A DNA stretch of 64,000 nt, from NCBI GenBank assembly GCA_047495785.1, contig JBLDXI010000001.1, positions 1,240,001 to 1,304,000 on the forward strand, read 5' to 3'. This document shows, in pieces, positions 39,661 through 51,283 of the stretch (within the stretch, counting starts at the first letter, position 1; each line of letters begins with the position of its first letter). The notes under the pieces are model-generated. The model was not told where the DNA came from. It saw only the letters and a list, made by a program, of their open reading frames with translations, and searched no databases. Made by a program: the position numbers and the translations under genes. Origin of the DNA: Lepidodermella squamata (lineage: Eukaryota > Animalia > Gastrotricha).

Positions 39661-40705
39661 ATGGGAGTTCCAACTTTCATGCGGATCCTACTTCTAGCGA
39701 TGGATTTGTTTTTTGTGGTAATATAATTTTAATTATTTTGCCTCGCGATATAACATTTTTTTATCAAGGTGATCGGTATTTTATTGTTCATCGCTGGGGT
39801 GTGGATTTTCAACGAATTTGACGCATCGAAGCGCATGTTGGCGCCAAGCGTTGCTGCCGATCAGAGTGTTATCGCCATTGTAGGAATCGCCGTTGTAGGC
39901 GCCGCGATGACCGTCGGCAGTGCACTAGGCGGTTATGGGACAATGAAAAACCGAGATCTCTGGATAATTTATGTGAGAATTTTTCTAAATATTTTTAATA
40001 TTAAGAAAATTCAAAATATTTTTCCAGTCATCATCACTGCTGACACCTTGCTTTGCAACGCTGTGCTCCTTAGGAGTTTGTATTCTCGTCTATCAGAATT
40101 CGGTAAGAGGGCTTAATAAGGTTAGGAAAATTGATTATCTTCGCTCTCAGGTATTCGAGGTTGTCAAGAAAACTTTGCAATACGAAGTCGCCGCAAACGT
40201 CACGAATGGCTTGCTAAAAACTGGTTACGTTAGGGTGAGTAGATTATTTTCAATCATGCATATAGTAATTAATTTTCGAATTATTGGAAATAGTACGGTT
40301 GCTGCGGCTTGTCTGATCTTCCCGGCGGTTGCGATAAGCATTACCCTCCCTCGTCAGTTTGCCAAATCGGTTCCGGTCTATGTGAAAAGGTAAATATCGC
40401 CGTAATATTTACTTGAAAATTCACGAAATTCTGCGAAATTTAGGGTTGCACACAATATATCTGGAATAATCTATTCGTGCCTTACCTCAACGGAACTATA
40501 TCAGCTCTTTTCACAATATCGGCAATATTGGTAAGTTTTCCTGAATTTATTCGAAGTTTGATTTTAGATGGTTATTTCGTAGCTCGTCGGAATTATTCTC
40601 GGATTTATCGTCTATCGATACATGGCTGCCGAACGAGAAAAAGAACGCCGGGAAAATGCATCAGCGTCAGCTGTAGCGAGTAGTCGAGCGATAAAAGAGG
40701 AATGA
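39661..40705 (+). CDS. Tetraspanin TSP-11
   Basis: MGVPTFMRILLLAMDLFF; EC2 YGCCGLSDLPGGCDKHYPPSSVCQIGSGLCEKGCT. Confidence 0.85.
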
Positions 40706-41443
40706 AGTGATCATTACGGACGAATTTTGCTCCGATATTACATATCTATACCACTCTTGACGGCTAAATTTTGAGCCATCAGTTTGTTTTCACGCTTTTC
40801 TCATTCACTCAGAGTTGATAATAACGTCTCGTCAATTTTGTTGTTGGCAGTAAAAAAAAGAACACGCGCCTGATTTTCAAGGTTGTTTTCAACTATAATT
40901 ACCTGTTCGGAAGTAGGCTTTTCCGGCTTTTATACAAGACGAAAACACCACTTGTGTGCATTATTATTTTATTTGGTGAAATTCTAATTGTGGTGAATTA
41001 ATAGAGGCAATTTATCGGAATGAATGCGGTGGCGCTAAAAGTGATCCTTAACGTTACATTTTAATCAAATGGGAAAGTGGCTAGTCGAAGATGCCAGTGG
41101 AGGAGCAGAAATGAGGTTAAAATGTTCAGTATGTTATTACGTATAAGTCGAAGTTAGGACATTCGCGCTAACAAAATGAATACTCAAGTGCTGTAAACAA
41201 TCACGTGATACTGAAAATACTGATACTGGTACGTGATACTGAAAATAGGTTTAGAAAAGTGAGAATCAGAATTGAAATAATAAAATCTTAACGAAAACAT
41301 TTCACAGTGCACAGAGCACGTTATTGCCCGCTATATGTCAATTTGTGGACAGTAATTACTGAATGGAGCTGAGACCGCTTATCATATAGACTATAGACTC
41401 ATCTCCGGCCTGTGTTTCGTATTAGACCGCTGTTTGCCAATGT

Positions 41444-44400
41444 TCAATCTCGCAGTATCTGGGTGGTGCTAAGATCCGCCTCTTTGCAGTAGAACATCGA
41501 CATGAGAGGAGACGAGACCGCTTGATTTTGCAGCCAGTAAGTCGGAGATCCATCCTTAAGATAGTCAAAACATTCATCGTAATATTAAATAATGTAAATT
41601 TAAGTTTAATGTAAATTTTTAAACTTGCCGGCCACTCTCGTCGCTGTCAGCGTGAAACGGGCCCTAATAACTTGTCCCTTCGAAAATCGATAGAAGGTTT
41701 GCTACTACAGTATAATGCGTATGGATTAAAGTGTGTAACTTTTTGATGAATGGTGAATGGTCATCCCGTCCGAAGAAGATGGAAACCGCGCGGTGCTCCG
41801 TGAATGTTGAGAATTTACGCCTTCGATCCTCTCCTTTAAAATGCTGACCAGCAACACTCCATTCTTGATTGGGAGTTTTATTCATCACAGCTTCTTTTAA
41901 TCACAAAACGCGGCAATAGGAAGGCATCAAGCATCAAGCATAAGTCCAAAGAGTGAAATGCATCCAAACATTTGAGGCGGTCATATAAGAGTGACAACGT
42001 CGCAGTGATCATGGAAAGGGAACTGTAGATGGCGTGGAAATGAGGCGTGGCTCAAACTTAGCGACTGTAGCATCTGAGTGTAGAAAACTCGATGGATTAA
42101 AGCTATCGCTCAGGTTTTAGCTGAAGCTAAGCCTCCGGATCGATATTCGGAGCGAACTCTCACTACTATTCAGTCTATTCTCATTGTTGATCTTTGAACT
42201 ACTCATCATCGGTCTGCGATTTTGAGACACCTTCGCTACCGAGCTTTTGTCGCTCAAGCAAATAAACGATAATTTAGAGGAGCCGCGTCAGATATGAGGG
42301 AGGAAGGTAATGAATTAAGTTAACACCCCTTTCAGTTCCGCAGCGACGTATCTTCGGTCGCTGAGTCATGATAAAACCTCCTTGATGCTGTAGCTCATTG
42401 AAGCTCGATGCGCTCAGCTGAATTTGTTGAGCTGTTGAAAACATAATTATCAACGTTAAATGAAGCATTTCAAAACCTACGTCGAGAAGTTTGCTCCATA
42501 CGATTGGCTGAAATGGAAAAATCAAGTGGCTAATTGTTTTATCTGTCAAGACAATACCATGCTGAACGGTGTTTCCGAACAAGCAGTAGCGGAATGTTTT
42601 AAACCCGACGATACCCGCCATCACAGGGCCGCTGTTGAGGCCAACTCGAATACGAATTCGGTCTTTGCTCCGCGGAACTTTGATCATTGTGACCTCTTCA
42701 ATCAAAGCCAAAGCCAAAGAAGCGATTTCGACGGCATGGGACGGCAGTCGATTAGGAACTCCGCTGGCTACAACGTAAGCATCTCCGATGGTTTCTACCT
42801 TATAGCACTGATAGGCGTTGGCTCGGTTATCAAAAGTTGTGTAAACGGTGTTAAGCAGAGCCAACACTTCTTGAGCTTTCAGTTTCGAACAAATCGTCGT
42901 GAAGCCGACGATGTCCGAATAGAAAACAGTGACGTTGTTGAAGTACTCAGGGCGGACTTGAACGCCTCGGTTCAGTTGTTTTGCGACGCTTTTCGGCAGG
43001 AGGCGGTAAACGGCCTTGCACGAGTCGACATAACGATCGGCACAGTAATTGTATCGATTGATTATTCGGGAAGATTCCTGGCTCGTATGCAGCAGCCAAA
43101 TCGTTATGAACACCGGCAAAAGTAACCCGAGTATTGCCAGTTTCACCCCCTCTACAAAACTTGGTTTTTAAGCCCCAATGTAGCGTAGTGAAAATTATAC
43201 CGGAGATAACAGCCTCGTTGACTGCTTGAAGCCCCATGTCGTAAGTTGCGTCCATGTAGTCTTTACTATCGTCAGCATACTTTAGCAACGAACGATGAAG
43301 ACCAGCTGCATTTCTAGTCATCTCGTCTGAAAAAGCATTGAGATTTATTAATTCTTAATACAGTAGGAATCAAAAGATTACATCTGTCGTCTTTTGTAAC
43401 CAGCCAATGGGCCTTGGTTGCATTTTGCACTCGCAAGACATCGTTGAGAAGTTTAGCAATGCCATCAGTTATGTCACTTCCATCGATATCTCCAACTGTC
43501 AGCAGGTCAGCCTTCTCCAACAGAATACCAGCGACAGATAGCGAGTCTTCCATGAGCTGAGCATCCGATGAACGAAGAAAACTCGCCTTTGTATTGTCAT
43601 CAGAAACTACAGGAAAAAGTTATTTCTCGACTGCGAAGTTTTCAAGGAGTTTTTACTTAGATCTCGAGTCGCATAGGCGTAGAGAGTAGCAATTTGAAAG
43701 TAAATGATGCTTTTGCGCGCTAGTAAGAAGCCAAGGGTTGATAGCCACAGCGTATTGAAGCTGTCCTCTTTCGAGAAAATTTGAATTTCGACATCGGAGA
43801 TCTGAACCAAGATGCACTCGTAGAAAATGATATCGTCGAAAACTGTCATGCATAATTTGTCATATTAGCGTGTGATGCGATCTTCGTAGTGTCTTACCGT
43901 TGATAGCTCTTTCATCATATGCTCGGTAGATTTTTATAGGCATCGCACTGTCCCTGGTGGCCAAATCAGACCTGATACCATTGCTTTGGCATATGTACTC
44001 CCTGTATTCGGGTACGTCAAAATAGATACGGTTGAAAACGTTTGACCATTTTGAGAAAATCTTGGAAGAATTCATGATTCATTCGCGAAACATTTTCAAT
44101 GCGATTTAATACCTGATCATTTAAACTAACAGCATCCCCAATTTTAGCATAATCATTCGGGTCGTAATTGTTAGTCATATACTTGACCCTTGCCAACGAC
44201 TCTTCAAATACAGCCGCTGACATTTCCTCCAGCGCCTCGAAGCCTATAAAAGTGTTACCCATGTCCTCGTAAGTGCCTCGCTCGTCGAGTTTTCTCTGCA
44301 AGATGATTGCGCTCCTGACGATGCTGCACACGATCAGGATGACTAAACCGGCTGCCATGCCGCCGAGCAAAGATCCCGATTTGCTGGTCAGCGTCAGTGA

Positions 44401-44484
44401 CGCTGATTCTGCTTCGGCGTCAAAAATGTCGACGGAGGAGCGTCCGGAATCACCAGACTTGAGGCTACTACCACTGGTTTTCAT
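41444..44484 (-). CDS. 2-TM NIT-like-sensor guanylyl cyclase family protein GC-1 (penultimate exon interrupted by an insertion; possible pseudogene)
   Basis: MKTSGSS...; TM1, ~250-aa helical ectodomain, TM2, YRLLPKSVAKQL helix, FYSDIVGFT / KVETIGDAY / RYCLFG; last exon DGSPTYWLQN. Confidence 0.8.
41640..42350. mobile_element. 711-bp insertion in a GC-1 exon
   Basis: Removing 41640-42350 restores cga ccg aag aga gag tgg ccg (RPKREWP), matching paralogs RPKxEWP; short inverted ends gtcgctg...cagcgac. Confidence 0.7.
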
Positions 44485-45805
44485 TGTCTGTGCACTTATT
44501 GGTAAAAGCTGTCGAAAAAATATCTCCCAGGTAATAATACTATGTCCTTCGGAGAATAATGCGTTATTATGGATTATCCTTCGAAATTTCATTAATCATG
44601 ACTTAGGCTTATGTGGTTAGGCTGCTGATGAGTGATTAGCAAACAAACAGGATTGGCTAGGATGAAATTTCAATCATCCCGTAGTACCTATGTCAGGACG
44701 ATTTTCCAGGAAAATACCGAGTACAACATGCACCAAGCTGGTGCAGAGGCATGAAGATCTGGTTGAATCTAAAAAATGGGTCTGTGGTCTGCCAGGGTCT
44801 GGTTACCTGAGCTGTATTATATTGGAATAAAACGATCTTGCAATTGTTCAGGATGATGCCAAATTGATCCCAGACGCCCAGACGGGGAATTGGTAACTTG
44901 AATGTTTCATTAGATATCAATAAAGCTCATTGCTAAGGATTCTGGTAGAACCAGAACAACCAGCCAATGAAAAGCAAAATCTTCAGTTCCGCGGCACGTA
45001 TCGCGGATATCTCATGGAGTGGTATGGTATTGCCTCGGCAAAGTCGCTTTTCAGCAAAACAAAATTGGCAAAAATATTGAAATGGCAGGCAATAAATGGT
45101 TGAATGTGTTACTTACCACACCTTTTTATTCACAGGCACAACAAACCACCTGCTACTCAGGGGAAGCTACGTAGTACATTGAAGCTGACAGCTAAAAGTA
45201 GACCACACATAAGCGATATTAAAAACAGCAACAAATATTAGTCATATGAAACAATGATTATATATTGAATAGATATTGAATAGATAGATATTGAAACGAT
45301 AACATGAAGATTTGACACAGATTCACATATAATTATTGAAAACGCCATCAAAATCGGTGAAAACACACACTGTACAATAGCGCTGAGACTTAGTGCAGGT
45401 TATATCGTGCTCAGCGCGTCATAACTGAAATTTACAGATGTAGAGCGCGCGGGCGCGCAAATCTCAATCTTTATCACTTGTGTCCCATGAAAGTTGCAAG
45501 AGCATCACAGCGCAGCCACTCTCAACTCCAGAAATCGCTTGATATAACAGAAAATATGATTGCTGTTGCTGGAAATCGTTGGCAAAATTATCTGTCTCCT
45601 TATTATTCAAACTACAAATCGCTTTCGTTTTAGATTCGCGATTTCTTCCCCTTGGCTGCGCTATGATTCATTTTACTGTAATAACATACACCTTATTCAC
45701 ATGAATTTGACTATTACAATTACTATTACCACATCAACATTTCAAAGTCATAGAGAAATCAGTAAAATCCAGATAGATAACAGCCGTCGAGTGAGGCGCA
45801 GCCGG

Positions 45806-48125
45806 TTAAGTTCGAATGATTTGCGTTAGGCTGAAGTCTTTGCAGTAAAACATCGACAGCAACGTCGTTGATATTGCGTGGTTTTGCAGCCAATGAGTTG
45901 GGTTGCCATCCTTAATTACAGAAAATAAAGAAATGTAAAATTAATAGTTTGGTTTTTTAAGATAGTTACCGGCCAGTCTTTTTTAGGGCGCTGAGATGTT
46001 ATGAAACCGCCTTGTTGTTGCAATTCGCTGCAGCTCGACGCGCTCAACTGAATCTGCTGGGCTGTAAAAGAAAATTTGTTCGAAATTCGCTATTACGAAA
46101 TCATCAAAGAAAACCAACGCTGCGAAGATTGCTCCATTCGATTAGCTGCAAATGGAACAATATTTAGCTGTAACATCAAATCAACTATCAACTGTACTGA
46201 CCATGTTGAACAGTGTTTCCAAACAGGCAGTATCGGAATGTTTTGAAACCAACTATCCCAGCCATGACAGGTCCCGTGTTGATGCCGACACGAATACGGA
46301 TGCGTTCTGTGCTTCTAGGGACCTTGATCATCGCAACCTCATCAACCAAAGCCAGAGCCAGAGAGGCGATTTCAATAGCGTGAGATGTGATTCTATTAGG
46401 AACTCCGCTGGCTACAACGTATGCATCTCCGATGGTTTCAACCTTATAGCACTGATAGGTGTTTGCTCGATTATCAAAGGTTGTGTAAACGGTGTTAAGC
46501 AGGGCCAACACTTCTTGGGCTTTCAGCTTGGAGCAAATAGTCGTGAAGCCGACGATGTCCGAATAGAATACAGTGACGTTGTTGAAGTATTCAGGGCGGA
46601 CTTGAACGCCTCGATTCAGTTGCTTTGCGACGCTTTTCGGCAGGAGGCGGTAAACGGCCTTACAAGAGTCTATATAGCGTTCTACGCAGTGATTGTACCG
46701 ATTGATCAGCCGGCTTGTTTCCCTTTTTGAATGTTTCAACCAGATGATTGTGAATATCGGCAGAAGAAAGGCAAAAATTGCCAGTTTTACGGCCTCTGTG
46801 AGAGTCAATTTAATGTCGCCGGAATGATTAAACTACCTTTCTAACCTGAGACTATTAAACCATTCACGTTGTCCAAGCCTTTTTGGTAGTTGGTGTCCAT
46901 GTAGTCCTCACAGTCGGCCGCAAAAATATGAAGCAGGCGGCGAAGGTTCGTCGCGGTTCGCGTCAATTCATCTGAAAAGGAGGGTTTTTGTCGCAGCCGT
47001 GAGCTTGAGATAACTTACATCTTCCTTGATCCTTGCTAACCATCCAATAAGCTTTTGTAGCATTTTGGACACGGAGTACGTCATTGAGTAAGATATCGAT
47101 GCCTTCACGAACTTCCTTCGAAGCCGCGCCGAGCTCAAGAGGAGTCAAAAGATCGGCTTTCTCGAGTAAGATACTGGCAACAGAAAGTGAATCTTCCATT
47201 AGCTGGGAATCAGAGAAGCGCGCGAAATCTGCTTTGGTACCGTCTTGAGATACTATAAGCAAAACAAAGTTTAGTGTGACCAAATTGTAAAGGATGAACT
47301 TACTAAGGGCTCGAGTTGCGTAAGCGTAGAGAATCGCGATTTGAAAGTAAATGATACTTTTTCGAGCCAACAAAAATCCGAGGGAGGCCAGCCACAAAGA
47401 GTTAAAACTGTCCTCCTGCGCGAAGATTTGAATCTCAACATCAGAGATCTGCACAAGGACGCATTCATAGAAAGCGATATCGTCGAAAACTGAAGGAATA
47501 TGGAGTAAGTCAAATCGGAATTGGATTACAAAAGTTTACCATTAATGCTTCTTTCGTCATACGCTCGATAGATCTTTATCGGCATAGCACTGTCGCGTGT
47601 AGCTAAATCAGATCTAATGCCATTACTTTGGCATGTGTATTCGCGGTACTCCGGCACGTCGAAGTAAATTCGATTGAAAACCGTAGACCATTTGTAGAAA
47701 ACCTTAGGGTATTTTACAAGTAAAGGGCAGTTATTGGACTCAATGGGTTATACCTGGTCGTTCATTGTTACAGCATCCCCGATTTCAGCGTAGTTATTTG
47801 GATTAAACTGGTTTGTCATGTATTTGACCCGAGCAAGAGCTTCTTCGAAAACTGCGGCTGACATGGCTTCCAAGGCATCGAAGCCTTCGAAAATATCGCC
47901 CATGTCGTCGTATGTTCCACGCTCGTCAATCGTTTGCTGCAGCATCACGGCGCTCCTGATGATACCGCACAAGAGCAAAATAACCAAAGCGGCTGAAATA
48001 CTGGCAACCAGCGTTCGTGACCGGCTGTTGAGGGTGAGGCTGGCTGCCTCAGCTTCAGCGTCGAAAATGTCTACCGAAGACCGCCCGGAATCTCCCGACT
48101 TGATGCTGTTCGAGTTGGCTCGCAT
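45806..48125 (-). CDS. 2-TM NIT-like-sensor guanylyl cyclase family protein GC-2 (9 exons)
   Basis: MRANSNS...; exon series homologous to GC-1; ends DGNPTHWL...QIIRT*. Confidence 0.88.
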
Positions 48126-48623
48126 CTTTGGAAAATGAAACTCAACTGAAATTTGTAATGTCTTGCTAATTAGTAGATGGATTTTCTCTCATCGCGTCAA
48201 CGAAGCGTTAATTATCTGCGGGTTTGCACCTGATTGTCAGTTCGATAGGATAATTCGGCTATAATCTTACAGCACCGAAATCTCATACAAAATGTTTAAC
48301 AAATAGCTCGGACTTGCGTCTCCCAACTCCACATCTCATCTTCTTTGAGAGAAAACGTTTTCCGTTGTTTGCCATCATAAAACCTTCACAAAGCCAACAT
48401 TCAAATGATTGCAAAAGTTTTTTACTCGATGAGCCTTATTTGAAAATGAAAGCACAGTGTCGTTGATGATTTGGGACAAGATCAGCGCAAATTAAAAAGG
48501 AAAGAACTCTAGTTTTGCCGCGTTAGCGACGATGTATATACGAGATGCACGGACATGAACCGATAATTGTAAACAACGATCAATAATTCATTGTGTCACG
48601 TGAGTAAATAACTAGAATAACTT

Positions 48624-50942
48624 TTATCCCCGTGTGATTTGAGTAGAAATTGCAGTTTCTTTCCAGGCGCAGAAAAGCGATAGAAACTGGGAGCATGTCG
48701 CTCTATTGGTCAACCAGTACGTGGGGAGTCCATCCTAAATGTCAAATTGAGAACTTCTCATGAGAAAACACCAAGAGTAAGCGTACCGGCCACTCGCATT
48801 TTGGACGCTCAGTCATCATGAACCCACCAATTCGAATCAGCTCTCGATAGGAAGAAAGACTAACCTGAATTTTTTGCGCTGTTGGATGAATTATTGTAGT
48901 AGCCACCCAAATAATAGTGAAACAACTTACGTTCGGCCGTTTGCTCCATACGATTAGCTGCAAAGTCATTTATCAAAACACTTTTAGATGCGGTTAAATA
49001 ACTAACCAGTTTGGACTGTATTTCCGAAAAGGCAGTAGCGGAAAGTCTTGAACCCAACAATACCCGCCATTACAGGGCCACTGTTGATTCCAACTCTTAT
49101 TCGAATCCGGTCTTTGCTGCGGGGAACTTTGATCAAGCCGACCTCTTCGATAAGAACCAGAGCTAATGAAGCAATTTCGCCAGCATGCGTTGTTGACCGA
49201 TTCGGAACTCCACTTGCTACAACATATGCATCGCCGATGGTCTCCACCTTGTAACATTGGAAGGAATTCGTTCGACTGTCGAAAATTGAGTAAATTGTGT
49301 TTAGCAGGCTCAGGACGTCCTGAGCTTTCATTTTCGCGCAGGTCGACGTGAATCCGACAATGTCAGAGTGGAAAATCGTGACGTTGTTGAAGTACTCGGG
49401 ACGAACTTGAACGCCTCGGTTCAGCTGCTTGGCGATGGTTTTCGGCAAGAGTCGATAGATAGCTCGGCATGAATCCATGTAACGCTCAATGCAGAAGTCG
49501 TAACGGTCAAGAAGCCGTTTAGCCTCTCTGCCGGTATGAAGCAGCCATATCGTGCTGAGCCAAGGCAGTAGAACACCGATGATAGCCAGCTTGACGCCCT
49601 CTTCATAAATTCTTTAAATAAATAACTTAAGACTTTTAGAGCTGCAATTACCTGAAATTATTGAGTTCAAGGCGTCGGCCACGGCGTCATCATATGAGCT
49701 CATCATAAAATCCATATATTCCGATAATATGCCTTGAAGGTCCGAGCTGATAGCAGAAACAATGCGATTCACATCGTCTGAATGAAGAACGAATGAAGAA
49801 ATCCTCGTCCTAAAAAATTCCCACTTACATGCTGAGCTTTTTGTCGCAACGACATAAGCTTTTGTAGCGTTCGGAATTACAGATGCCTGGTTTACAAGCT
49901 CCTTGATAGATGCTGAAACTATTGGCGATCTCGCGCCGACGAAATTCGGCGTAATCGTGAAAGCTTTGTCAAGAAGCATTGTTGCCAGGGCCATCGATTC
50001 TTCCATTACATTTGCGTCTGAAGGCCTAGTAAAAGCTGCTGAACTCGAAGTAACTTGAGAAATTCGAAATTATCGACAAGCAGCCAAAGGAATAAACCTG
50101 TACCTAAGGACCTTGTTGCATAGGCGTAGAAAATGCCTTGTTGGAAACTTAGAATGCCTCTTTGCGCTAGTAAATAAGCTAGAGCAGCTTGCCACAGCAC
50201 ATCCAAACCAGTCCCACCGGCAAGAATTTGAATTTCGGTATCATGAAGGACATTCATCAAGCATTCGAAGAACGCAATGTCATCAAAAACTGAAAAGTAA
50301 AGACTGTTTAATATCGCGATATGTCGATGTTAGCAAAATTTACCATTTAGTGTTCTTTCGTCAAATGCTCGATACGAACGAACCGACATGGCTTCGTCAC
50401 GAGAAGCAAGATTGGATTTAATCCTCGCAAGTGAACATTTATATTCTCTGTACTCCGGAGCAGTGAAGACGAGATCGCTGAAGATGTTGTAATATCGATA
50501 GAAGACCTGTTGGAAGATTGCAATTAATTTGAATGAATTGTAGATAAATTCACTTCACCTCATCGCTCCCAGTAACTGCCTCGCCCATCGCAACATAATC
50601 GCTGGGATTGTAATTTCCAGTTATATACTTGACCCTGGCGAACGATTCAGCGCTGTTTCCCGTAATCAGCGCCGTTAATGCTTCAAATTTTGTGAACACG
50701 CTGCGAGCCTCTCGAAGTTTATCCAGATCGTCAACTGATTTAGACAGAACAACAGCGCTTCTTACGATACCGCAAAGGATGACAACGCCGATTGAGAAGG
50801 CTGCGGCAATCAGCAAAGGCTTGGCTCGATTTGCTAGCTTTAGTGATGCGGCTTCAGTTTCAATCTCCTTAAAGGTATCGCCAGATGCCAGAGAAATTCC
50901 AGATCGCTGGCTTCCACTTCGAACGCTGACATCTCGGCGCAT
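48624..50942 (-). CDS. 2-TM NIT-like-sensor guanylyl cyclase family protein GC-3 (9 exons)
   Basis: MRRDVSVRSG...; class III cyclase motifs; ends DGLPTYWL...QITRG*. Confidence 0.88.
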
Positions 50943-51283
50943 AATTACGAATAGCTAATAAAACACCTAGTTATAGACAAATACCAGAACCTGAAATTGA
51001 GAGAATATCAATGAAGTGAAGATAATGGCAATAGATAACATGCATTACAACATAGGTATTATGTAAGGTGAAAATTACCTGCAGATCTTAGAATGTGTTT
51101 CATACTTGAAAAGATTTCTTATCATTGAGTTACACACAAAACATATTATAAGCTGCACCGCGTGTTGGCTGCTTGTTTGTAAAGCTTACGTTATTTTAGA
51201 TGACCAAAAAACCGGCTTATGCCGCGCTGCTGACGATGTTCCTGATACCTAATAACGTGCGATTATATGTCCCTCGTTTTCGA

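Noticed and set aside
41201-41247. Short direct repeat acgtgatactgaaaata x2 (similar atattgaatag repeats near 45262)
   Set aside because: Consistent with local slippage; no further structure.
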